In this document: piece after piece, positions 48,076-56,495 of the stretch
Layout of the letters: every line of letters starts with the position of its first letter
Numbering within the stretch: position 1 is the stretch's first letter
DNA from: a virus
Taxonomy: Duplodnaviria; Caudoviricetes
IMG/VR virus record: IMGVR_UViG_3300028832_000096
Length of the DNA: 64,000 nt
Strand: one strand, 5' to 3'
The notes under the pieces: generated by a model
The model's input: the letters and a program-made list of their open reading frames with translations, nothing else
The model's database searches: none
Told to the model about the DNA's origin: nothing
Translations under genes and position numbers: made by a program

Positions 48076-49752
48076 ATGCCCACAGGAATACCAGAAAAAC
48101 TCAAGCCATGTAAGATATGTAAAGAAATGTTTTTACCTGCAACTCCATCACAAAAGATATGCAAGAACTCACACTATGCGAATTGTCCAATATGCAATAA
48201 ACCTATGTTATGGAATACTACTAGAGCACCTGAACCTTGCTCCAAAGAATGTCGAAAAGAAAAAACAAGAAAATTCTATCAAGAAAAGTACAATGTAGAC
48301 CATCCAATGAAAAATGCAGAAGTTAAAAAACATTTCCAGGAAGCTATGAAAAAGAAATATGGTAATGAACATGCTTTACAATGCAAAAAATTTAAAAATA
48401 AAGCTATAGAAACGAACCGAAAGAAATTCGGAACAGATTGGGCATTGAGCAACAAAAATGTTCAAGATAAAAGAAAACAGACGATGTTAGATAGATATGG
48501 AGTTGAATGCCCTTTCAATATGAAAGACTATCAAGAAAAAGTTAAAACAACCTCTAATAAAAAATATGGTGTAGACCATCCATCTAAATCAGAATCGGTT
48601 AGAGAAAATATGAAGCGAGGTATGTTAGATAGATATGGAGTTGAATTTCCATCTCAAAACAAAGAAATATTAAGTAAAATGCAAGCAAAAAGGGCTGCTC
48701 ATATGGATGAGATTGTAGAAAATATTAGGGCAAGCTTTATACAAAAATATGGAGTACCTAATTGTTTTCAATCAGAAGATATCAAAGAAAAAATTGTTAA
48801 AACATGCATAGACAAATATGGATTTCCAAGTGCAATGCAAAGTGAAGAAGTTAAGAAGAAAGTATCTCAAACGATACGGGAAAGATATGGTGTTAATTGG
48901 TTTGTTCAATCTGAAAAATATCTAGATGCGCATTCGTATATATCTAAAGTAGCGCAACAATTTGCTAATAGATTAATTAGCCGAAACATACCTATATCAT
49001 ATGAATTTCCGTTAGATTCTTATAGATATGATATAAAACTAAATAATACACTAGTAGAAATTGACCCAACATACACTCATAGCATCTTAGAAAATCACTG
49101 GGGTCCAGGTTTAGATAAAGATTATCATAAAAATAAAACCGATGTAGCAAATCAAGCTAGTTTCAAGTGTGTCCATGTATTTAGTTGGGACTGCCAAGGA
49201 AAGATTATAAACATACTTAATCCTAACAAGATATGTGTAGATGATAGTGAATTACAAATATACGTGCTCAACAAAGCAGCAGCTACTAGATTTCTCAACA
49301 ATTACTCAATCCAAGGTAATTATAATAAATCAGCATATTACATAGGGCTAGTTAAAGATGATATTATTTATCAATTGGTAGCAATAGGTAAATCTAGATA
49401 TAATTCTGAATACTATGCCGAAATAACTAGATGGCAAACAAACCCTAACTACAAAATATCTAATGGATATTCTAAGATATTAAACTTTATACAATCAGAT
49501 GAATTCTTATCAGTTAAAAATGTAGTGTTGTACTATGATAAATCTAAACAATTCGAGGACGACATTACGACAAACATGGAGTATGTTCATGATAATCCTC
49601 CAATAATGATATGGTCTGACCAAGGAAACAAATTTATAACAGATAGAATATTTAAACAATATGGATATAAAGGAATTACTAATGAATTAGATATGATAAA
49701 AATGGGTTGGCGTCCTGTATATAACTGCGGATACAGTGTTTATAAGATTTAA
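48076..49752 (+). CDS. Free-standing putative homing endonuclease (Zn fingers + 9 KYG repeats + PD-(D/E)XK/Vsr-like + C-terminal domain)
   Basis: CKIC, CPIC and CSKEC; ~23-aa (K/R)YGV..P repeats; YDIKL...VEID...YHKNK...VHVF.WD; GGAGG RBS; the only long + strand gene. Confidence 0.75.
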   Translation: MPTGIPEKLKPCKICKEMFLPATPSQKICKNSHYANCPICNKPMLWNTTRAPEPCSKECRKEKTRKFYQEKYNVDHPMKNAEVKKHFQEAMKKKYGNEHALQCKKFKNKAIETNRKKFGTDWALSNKNVQDKRKQTMLDRYGVECPFNMKDYQEKVKTTSNKKYGVDHPSKSESVRENMKRGMLDRYGVEFPSQNKEILSKMQAKRAAHMDEIVENIRASFIQKYGVPNCFQSEDIKEKIVKTCIDKYGFPSAMQSEEVKKKVSQTIRERYGVNWFVQSEKYLDAHSYISKVAQQFANRLISRNIPISYEFPLDSYRYDIKLNNTLVEIDPTYTHSILENHWGPGLDKDYHKNKTDVANQASFKCVHVFSWDCQGKIINILNPNKICVDDSELQIYVLNKAAATRFLNNYSIQGNYNKSAYYIGLVKDDIIYQLVAIGKSRYNSEYYAEITRWQTNPNYKISNGYSKILNFIQSDEFLSVKNVVLYYDKSKQFEDDITTNMEYVHDNPPIMIWSDQGNKFITDRIFKQYGYKGITNELDMIKMGWRPVYNCGYSVYKI

Positions 49753-49761
49753 TTCAAAAAT

Positions 49762-49795
49762 AAGAAAAGTCCCAACCGAAGTCGAGACTTTTCTT
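49762..49795. terminator. Bidirectional terminator between convergent genes
   Basis: AAGAAAAGTC/GACTTTTCTT inverted repeat. Confidence 0.65.
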
Positions 49796-49820
49796 TTGAG
49801 GTTACCAATATGGTTAGGTG

Positions 49821-50294
49821 TTACTTGTAATAAGGTACTCCAAAACCTACAATGTTCTTTGATGTATAAGAAATGTGTCGATAGCCTACTTTGTTACTTT
49901 TGTTTCCTTCAATAACATATATGTAGCCCTTTTTCTTATAGTTGACGCTCGTAACCATACCTGTGTGAGTACTTTTTGATGTAGAGCTATCTTTGAAATT
50001 GTAGAATACGAGGTCTCCTACCTTAGGAGTTGCTCCTCTACTTCTCCACCTCTTCTTAGATTTGTACCACTTCATCTGCTGAGTGCATCCGGCAGAAGTA
50101 CTGAGCTTAGTTACACCGATTTGAAGTAAGCAAGAAGCTGTTGTAATTGCGCACCAAGGAGTTGTCTTGCAATTTTTCTTATTGCCTGTTTTCTTATTCC
50201 AAGGGTCTACAATGTACTTCTGGGCTTTACCGTTGCTCTCGCTGTAACCGTTCCAACCTTTGAACTTATCTCTTGCTTGAGCAGCTGTTGCCAT
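49821..50294 (-). CDS. CHAP-domain endolysin
   Basis: PWCA...GDLVFY...HTGMV...IEGN; lies immediately after the holin. Confidence 0.85.
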   Translation of the reverse strand: MATAAQARDKFKGWNGYSESNGKAQKYIVDPWNKKTGNKKNCKTTPWCAITTASCLLQIGVTKLSTSAGCTQQMKWYKSKKRWRSRGATPKVGDLVFYNFKDSSTSKSTHTGMVTSVNYKKKGYIYVIEGNKSNKVGYRHISYTSKNIVGFGVPYYK

Positions 50295-50295
50295 A

Positions 50296-50637
50296 TTATG
50301 CCTCCTCGCCAGGGTCTCCTACTACAGGTTCCTCTTCGTCTGCAGGTCCTTCAACGTACTCTTCGTCAACCTTGGTAAACTGTTTGTAGACCTGGTTGAT
50401 ACCAACAGATGCGAAACCTGAAACGATACCGATAGCAAGTGCGAAAAGCCAATTGTCAGCAGGAATGCAACCGGGAATTGTATTGAATACAACTACACCT
50501 AAAATTCCACCAATTGTTGCGCAAATAACAGGGATAAACTTGTCAAGCTTCTCAAAGTTAAATGCCTTCAATGTTGCACCTGCTAAGTAGCAAATAACTA
50601 CAATTGCCGGAAATGCTACGAAACCTAAATCGTTCAT
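50296..50637 (-). CDS. Phage holin (3 TM)
   Basis: IVVICYL.G..LK...KFIPVI...[19 protein letters not shown]. Confidence 0.85.
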   Translation of the reverse strand: MNDLGFVAFPAIVVICYLAGATLKAFNFEKLDKFIPVICATIGGILGVVVFNTIPGCIPADNWLFALAIGIVSGFASVGINQVYKQFTKVDEEYVEGPADEEEPVVGDPGEEA

Positions 50638-50744
50638 CTTTTTTGTCCTCCTTCGTCGTCTTTCGTAGTGATATAGAAAAGTATCGCTAATGCCGATACA
50701 AATAGGCTGATGATAGCGAACTTTGCTAACTCCTTAATAAGTAT
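50634..50744 (-). CDS. Possible 36-aa single-TM peptide with non-canonical (ATA) start
   Basis: AGGAG upstream; hydrophobic helix; TGA overlaps the holin ATG. Confidence 0.35.
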   Translation of the reverse strand: MLIKELAKFAIISLFVSALAILFYITTKDDEGGQKR

Positions 50745-50827
50745 ATTACATCATCTCCTATAAATTATTCGTCGTTCAGACCTCGCCACGAATTCCTATA
50801 GGATATGTATAATGATTTAAGGTTGAT

Positions 50828-51451
50828 TTACTCGTCACCTGCAGTCGGTGGTGCTATTTCAATATCATTTGAAAGTACCTGACGCTGCAAATGTCTAGGC
50901 GTGTAAGATAAAGAAACGCAACCATGTGTCTTAAGATGTATTGTTGATTGATAAAGTGCACCGGATTTTATGTAATTAACACTACCAGATTCTTTCTTGA
51001 TTCCAAAACCTAAATCTATCTCAACGCCAAAGCGAATCTTTCTGTCAGATTCATAAGGAAGTTGAATAGTTAAGAAGTACTGTGATAAATACTTATAGAA
51101 AAGCTCACGAGCTAATTCATCAGAATCTGCTGTATTTGTAGCGAGTATTCTTACAGTATATTGTAAATCAACAGGGAGGGCTTTCTCAAAGTAGATGTTA
51201 TTTGTTTTGTTATCAAAAACAGCAGGCACACCAAATTGCGCTCTAGAAAAATTATACAATTCAGTAATGACCGGCATATCGTCATCTCTACTTACTAAGA
51301 TAAGTGGATAAGTGATAGTATCATTCTGTATCTGAGCGATAATTCCTGGATATGTTTCAGCATCAGAAATAACTACATTTGGGTTAGCAGTATCGCTGTT
51401 GATAGATTGCTTGATATCATCAACTAGTGCTTGGTCATATTTCCAAATCAT
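50828..51451 (-). CDS. Tail completion / sheath terminator protein (gp15-like)
   Basis: ITYPLI.VSR...LPVDLQYTV.I....D..DEL.RE. Confidence 0.65.
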   Translation of the reverse strand: MIWKYDQALVDDIKQSINSDTANPNVVISDAETYPGIIAQIQNDTITYPLILVSRDDDMPVITELYNFSRAQFGVPAVFDNKTNNIYFEKALPVDLQYTVRILATNTADSDELARELFYKYLSQYFLTIQLPYESDRKIRFGVEIDLGFGIKKESGSVNYIKSGALYQSTIHLKTHGCVSLSYTPRHLQRQVLSNDIEIAPPTAGDE

Positions 51452-51463
51452 TTACAATACTCC

Positions 51464-52009
51464 TTATTTGTCTCCTGGATGATATGTTCCTTTGTAGTCA
51501 TTACCACGATAGTCAGTAGCATCTTTAAGGAAGTGACTTGACTTATTGAATGTTTGCTCTGTTTCTTTTCTAGTCCTTCCGGTAATAGGTTGACCATTTG
51601 CGATAGGAACAACTTGGCAAATAAGATGGTCAGCCGCTACCATATCATAAGTAATTTCGGTAACTCGGAATTTCCTCTCAGTTAATTCTGAATACAGGCC
51701 AGACAAAGAAAAGATGCTATCCTTTTGCACTTTAGGCAAGTCCCAACTGCAGTGAAGAAGAAACGGAAGGTTTGTATCATTATCAACAACCCAACCGTAC
51801 CTCTTAAAGGTCTTCACCTTAGGATTTCCATCAAAGAAAATAAATGTATCCATAGGTTCTGAATATGAATCTATTTCTGATTCACCTTGTTCGTTTGTCT
51901 GAGCAATATTAGGAAATTGGTACTTTGCAGGAACTCCTTGCATGCTCAGAGCTTCGTTGTACCTTTTACGCATTAATAATATATCAGGACCTATTAAGTG
52001 ATTACTCAT
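51464..52009 (-). CDS. Neck/head-completion protein
   Basis: Position between portal and tail terminator; EAL...G..A.Y; FRVTEI. Confidence 0.55.
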   Translation of the reverse strand: MSNHLIGPDILLMRKRYNEALSMQGVPAKYQFPNIAQTNEQGESEIDSYSEPMDTFIFFDGNPKVKTFKRYGWVVDNDTNLPFLLHCSWDLPKVQKDSIFSLSGLYSELTERKFRVTEITYDMVAADHLICQVVPIANGQPITGRTRKETEQTFNKSSHFLKDATDYRGNDYKGTYHPGDK

Positions 52010-52339
52010 TTATTTTCCCTCATATCGCATACAACCAACCCATTTCTTAAAACCTAATTTTTCATACCAAGATGTAAGTTGTTGTACTGTCATTGCTTTA
52101 TTACCTATAGGTGCGGGCTGTAGTTCAATCGGTACGTTAAGATAATCTGCAATCTGAATAATCTTATGCATTAACTCCGTACCTATACCTTGACCTTGCT
52201 TATCTTCATCTACTTTAATACCGTGCACCCAAATACACGGATTTTTAGGGTTATCCATAGACCAACAAAGAACACCACCATCTACTTTGATTTCATATTT
52301 TTTATAAAAATCATAAGATGATTTAATGTACCTTTTCAT
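52010..52339 (-). CDS. GNAT acetyltransferase with MKRYIKSS leader
   Basis: IKVDEDKQGQGIGTELM...WYEKLGF acetyl-CoA motifs. Confidence 0.85.
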   Translation of the reverse strand: MKRYIKSSYDFYKKYEIKVDGGVLCWSMDNPKNPCIWVHGIKVDEDKQGQGIGTELMHKIIQIADYLNVPIELQPAPIGNKAMTVQQLTSWYEKLGFKKWVGCMRYEGK

Positions 52340-52972
52340 TTATTCCTCGCCATAGCTGTTATCTTCAATAATATCATCAATATCTGCTACATAAGTAAGC
52401 CAAGTCCAGTCGAATAACTTTGTTTGACTCATGAATGTGAGGTTTGCTGCTACACCTGCGTTTAACTTACCTAAGAATTCAGTACGCTTGCAGCTGTAAT
52501 TCATATCAATCCAATCAGGGCAATGCTCAACATTGAAAGCAACTATGTATTCAGCAAAAACTTTGTTACCTAAATCGTCATAATCAAATACAAGAAGCCT
52601 TCTTATCTTATCGTAATTGAGTCCAGACAATGTAATAAGATAAGAAATCTGCTCACCGCTGAGATGCTGATTGATTTCAAATGTAACGTCAAATCCAAAT
52701 TTATTCAACTCTTTAAGTATATCATCAGTAGAAAATTCTCTAATAATTCCAGATTCTGGGTCAGGAGTTAATAAACTTCCTTTAGAATTTATAAGACAAG
52801 CAAATAATGTTCCATATTGAGCATGATTAACTAGAATAATAGTTCCTTCTAATCTATGTGAACCGTCATCGATTACTTGCTTTACAGTTATGTATAAATC
52901 TACGGAATTATTTGACTTACATTCTGATAGCTGTAACCAATTAGAAATGTTGTAACGAAGTGGTGCGTTCAT
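52340..52972 (-). CDS. Hypothetical protein (head module)
   Basis: 210-aa ORF coupled to its neighbours. Confidence 0.7.
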   Translation of the reverse strand: MNAPLRYNISNWLQLSECKSNNSVDLYITVKQVIDDGSHRLEGTIILVNHAQYGTLFACLINSKGSLLTPDPESGIIREFSTDDILKELNKFGFDVTFEINQHLSGEQISYLITLSGLNYDKIRRLLVFDYDDLGNKVFAEYIVAFNVEHCPDWIDMNYSCKRTEFLGKLNAGVAANLTFMSQTKLFDWTWLTYVADIDDIIEDNSYGEE

Positions 52973-53322
52973 ACAGCTTCCTCTTTTAATGACTCAAGAT
53001 AATCTCTATTTTCAGCTACGAAATTGCGTAATTCAATTTGAAAAGCAACTAACCTATCTGTATTTGTTTCCGGATACTCACTGAAATACTGCGCAACTAA
53101 ATCAAGCTTGAGCTTGAAGTATAGGATTTTGTTTTCCTCATCAGTAATCTCAGGATGTTTTTCTTGGAATATAAAATATCGTGTTAATACAGAACTAAAT
53201 GCTTTATGAACTACTGCACTGTTCTTTGTTAAATCGGCCTTTTCAAGAGTCTTGAAGTTAGTCGAATTGTAGTTCTTCAAATCTTTAAAGAAAATTGTTG
53301 TAAGGTCTTTACTACTTCTCAT
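52969..53322 (-). CDS. Hypothetical protein (head module)
   Basis: ORF directly after the portal. Confidence 0.7.
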   Translation of the reverse strand: MRSSKDLTTIFFKDLKNYNSTNFKTLEKADLTKNSAVVHKAFSSVLTRYFIFQEKHPEITDEENKILYFKLKLDLVAQYFSEYPETNTDRLVAFQIELRNFVAENRDYLESLKEEAV

Positions 53323-53323
53323 A

Positions 53324-54850
53324 TTACATCATACCTCCACCCATTCCGCCTTCTTCACCGCTCTTTAAATCAACACCCCATTTCATTACATTGGAGCCGG
53401 TTTGAGGTAAGGACTGTGACAAGATTTCAGTTATTGCTTTCTTATATGCTTCAGGGTCATTGATACCTAAGTTCTTCATAAGGTCAGATATTGATGCAGC
53501 TTGATTGATGGAAGAATCACGCTTATCAAACTGTACCTGGTCCATATTAGTGATAATAGGGCTCATGTTGAGAACAAATTTATCAACGAAACCACTCATG
53601 TTTCTAGACAAGAAATACTTATTAAGTGCATCTCTCCAGCCGTTCTTATAAGCGGTTTCAATTCTTAATAAGTGGTTAGCATAAAGAGCAGACCTCTGTG
53701 ACATTACTGCGCCTGCTCCGCCTAATCCTTCAGCAGATGAGAAGTTCATTGCTTCCTTAGGAACACCAAGAACAGATAACTTCTTATCCTGATAATAGTT
53801 AAGAAGTTTGTTCTCACTTTCGGTAGGCTCACCCATGTTGAGGTCTGTAATAGAAACTGCGTCCTGACCGTTTACCTTTGCAAGATAAATCAAGTTATTA
53901 GGGCTCTGTGGATTGACGAAGCTCTCCGCATTACCTGTAGCAGTATTGAGTGCTAACTGCTGCTCAATCATGTCCTTGATTACCTGTAAATTCTGCCTGA
54001 TTTCATCTTCCTCTGTAGTCGTACCACAATCTACATTGACGAATCTGACAGTACGAGTAAGTGATGAAAGCAACATTGCATCTTCAAGAAGGCTTAATGT
54101 TTGTGTAGGCTGTACTGCTTGCGACAAAATAGGTTCAGCGAACTGAATATCATAATCAACAGATTCACCTTTAGAGTTAACACCTGAAATATGATACTTA
54201 CCTAACAAGCCTCCTAATGAGAAATGAATAACAGATGATTCAGGATAACTAATAATCGTATCGCCTGAAAATGACGCAGAATTAGGGTCAGATGACGCCT
54301 GATAGATATAGCCCTGAGGTTTTCCTTGATACCATAAATGAACAATGTCTTCGGGTGGTATCATATAAGACGGGATAATATCATAATCGAGATTAAGTAA
54401 TGTGTTATCGTCTAGCGAAACTAATTCTCTATTTTGATGTACTCCAGGGCCTCTATAAATTTCTGTTGTAGGAATATAGACCTGACCAATTGTTGCTAAT
54501 TCAAGAATATGGTCTCTTGCGTAGTCATTTACCTTCCAACGCTTAAAACACTGATTGATAATGTCAGCTACCTGCTGTAAATCTTCAGATACAGCAGTAG
54601 CCCAGATAACATCACCACCTGTATTAGGCGTTGTAGCATCTGTTGCATAATATGATAATGCGGTGCTTATTTGAGAATCTCTTGCAAGTGCACGCATTAC
54701 ATTTATTTGTGTTCTAATATCTTCAATATCAGAATCTCCGCGAAGGTCTGATATCTTATAGAAAGTACCACCTACACATACAGTACTTCTTAATCTAGAT
54801 ATTGTATTGCCTTTACGGGGTCCAAATAATCTGTCTAACCATCGAGCCAT
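53324..54850 (-). CDS. Portal protein (T4 gp20-like)
   Basis: DSQISTALSYYATDAT, LLEDAMLL..LTR..RFVNVD.G and LGVPK; lies downstream of TerL. Confidence 0.85.
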   Translation of the reverse strand: MARWLDRLFGPRKGNTISRLRSTVCVGGTFYKISDLRGDSDIEDIRTQINVMRALARDSQISTALSYYATDATTPNTGGDVIWATAVSEDLQQVADIINQCFKRWKVNDYARDHILELATIGQVYIPTTEIYRGPGVHQNRELVSLDDNTLLNLDYDIIPSYMIPPEDIVHLWYQGKPQGYIYQASSDPNSASFSGDTIISYPESSVIHFSLGGLLGKYHISGVNSKGESVDYDIQFAEPILSQAVQPTQTLSLLEDAMLLSSLTRTVRFVNVDCGTTTEEDEIRQNLQVIKDMIEQQLALNTATGNAESFVNPQSPNNLIYLAKVNGQDAVSITDLNMGEPTESENKLLNYYQDKKLSVLGVPKEAMNFSSAEGLGGAGAVMSQRSALYANHLLRIETAYKNGWRDALNKYFLSRNMSGFVDKFVLNMSPIITNMDQVQFDKRDSSINQAASISDLMKNLGINDPEAYKKAITEILSQSLPQTGSNVMKWGVDLKSGEEGGMGGGMM

Positions 54851-54886
54851 TGGAAAATTCCTCCAAATCTATACGAATATAAAAGG

Positions 54887-56455
54887 TTACTTAAGGAATT
54901 TTTCAAGGTCTGCGTCTATCTGATATCTAGCGAAGAATGCAGATTCATCAAACATCGGAATATCTAATTCCCTTGCGGCCTGAATTGCTAATCCATCAAT
55001 ATTCTCTTTAATATCACCAACAACTACACACTGAACTTTCTTGTCGAAAGCAGTTACTACATCTGCAGAATAACTGTTGAAAATAGCAGTAATATCTTCT
55101 AAGCTTCCGTGCATGAATGTTCCGGTAATCATGATGCGCTTATTTCTAAGAATAGGGTCGCCATCAAATTTAACAATTCTATCTCCTTCAATAACCTTAA
55201 TCTGGTCAGAGGACATGATTGTATCTAATTCTACGAGGTTTCTAGGATTATTCAACCAGTTGTTGAACCTGATAGGCAGGTCCATATCAAGCTCTGTTCT
55301 AATTCTACGAGGACCCTCTAAGTAATACTTAACTGTCTTGTAGTTGTTATTGCACTTGTTGCAGAACTTAACAAGCCACTCCCTGCTCATTCCTACATCG
55401 CCATCAATACTTGCAAGTATGATTTCAGATAAATGCTTTTCAATCTTGATATCTTTATACTGAGGTAAAATAAGTAAGTCAGGAAGTATCTGGATTTCAT
55501 GCTTTTCTAACAACTCATCAAATATGTTAGTGGGCAATTCAGGCAGACCTAATATCTTACAGAACCTTGTAACTCTAGGATACAATCTAGATATGCAGAA
55601 TTCGTCAGAACAAACCATAGGACCAGATTGAGGGACATCAAGAATCTTACCGCAATATGTACATACAGAACGTCTAGATAATCTATTGCTATCCTCCTGT
55701 GCTTGTGTACTACTCCAAATTACCTTGTTACCTTCAAGAACAATCTGAGAATCTTTCTGAATATTAAATGCTACAGCATCAGGATAATCCATTGTAAGTG
55801 TAACATTATCACCATACACAACGCCATATTTAATATAACCGTCATGGTCTGTAAATCTCTGTGGTGTTTCAATTACTTTAGCTGTTGTTAAGTCTGTTGA
55901 ATGGAATACGCCTTTGTTCTGTCCTTCAAAGACAATAAAGCCAGCTATAAGAGGATATTCAAAATGAATATAAGAATTTCCTGTGATATATGTTTTGAGT
56001 GTTTCTGCTGTTGCATCATAAGGAACTGCCCAACAAGGAAGCGATTCAAAACCAACCATCTTTGTCCAAGCCTGCATAGATGAAGGTGTTATTTGCATTG
56101 CGCCGCTTTCTACAGCACCTACATAGAATCTATATCCAGGAGTTCCTGATTTCATATCAGCTACAATGGAGTCAAATTCGCAATCAGGAAGAATTCCTTG
56201 TTTAGCATTAATCTTAGGAGAATAGAAAACACCAATAATATCGGTAGTGCCTCCATGAAGCTTGATTGAGTTAGGAACTAAGCCCTCTTTAACAATCAGC
56301 TTCAGAAATTCTTCTCCAAGGTCAGTTTTAACATTGATGCCCTGATACACTTTGTGAAGTATTCCATGAACATCATAACGAAGTGTAGCAAGAAGACCCA
56401 TAGGCACGATATAAGCTAACGAACCTGGAGTACAAACGGTTTTTGTGAACAGCAT
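54887..56455 (-). CDS. Degenerate NAD+-dependent DNA ligase-like protein with Zn finger and BRCT
   Basis: LigA domain order (adenylation-like, OB, CTYCG...CSDEFC, BRCT with ITGT...VVVGD...ARELDIP), but VPMG in place of KxDG. Confidence 0.65.
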   Translation of the reverse strand: MLFTKTVCTPGSLAYIVPMGLLATLRYDVHGILHKVYQGINVKTDLGEEFLKLIVKEGLVPNSIKLHGGTTDIIGVFYSPKINAKQGILPDCEFDSIVADMKSGTPGYRFYVGAVESGAMQITPSSMQAWTKMVGFESLPCWAVPYDATAETLKTYITGNSYIHFEYPLIAGFIVFEGQNKGVFHSTDLTTAKVIETPQRFTDHDGYIKYGVVYGDNVTLTMDYPDAVAFNIQKDSQIVLEGNKVIWSSTQAQEDSNRLSRRSVCTYCGKILDVPQSGPMVCSDEFCISRLYPRVTRFCKILGLPELPTNIFDELLEKHEIQILPDLLILPQYKDIKIEKHLSEIILASIDGDVGMSREWLVKFCNKCNNNYKTVKYYLEGPRRIRTELDMDLPIRFNNWLNNPRNLVELDTIMSSDQIKVIEGDRIVKFDGDPILRNKRIMITGTFMHGSLEDITAIFNSYSADVVTAFDKKVQCVVVGDIKENIDGLAIQAARELDIPMFDESAFFARYQIDADLEKFLK

Positions 56456-56495
56456 ATTGTGTTCCTCCTTCTTAAAAATAATTTATTTAAAGTTA

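Noticed and set aside
54887-56455. Functional DNA ligase (ligA)
   Set aside because: The KxDG adenylation motif and domain Ia are not visible, so no gene symbol was given.
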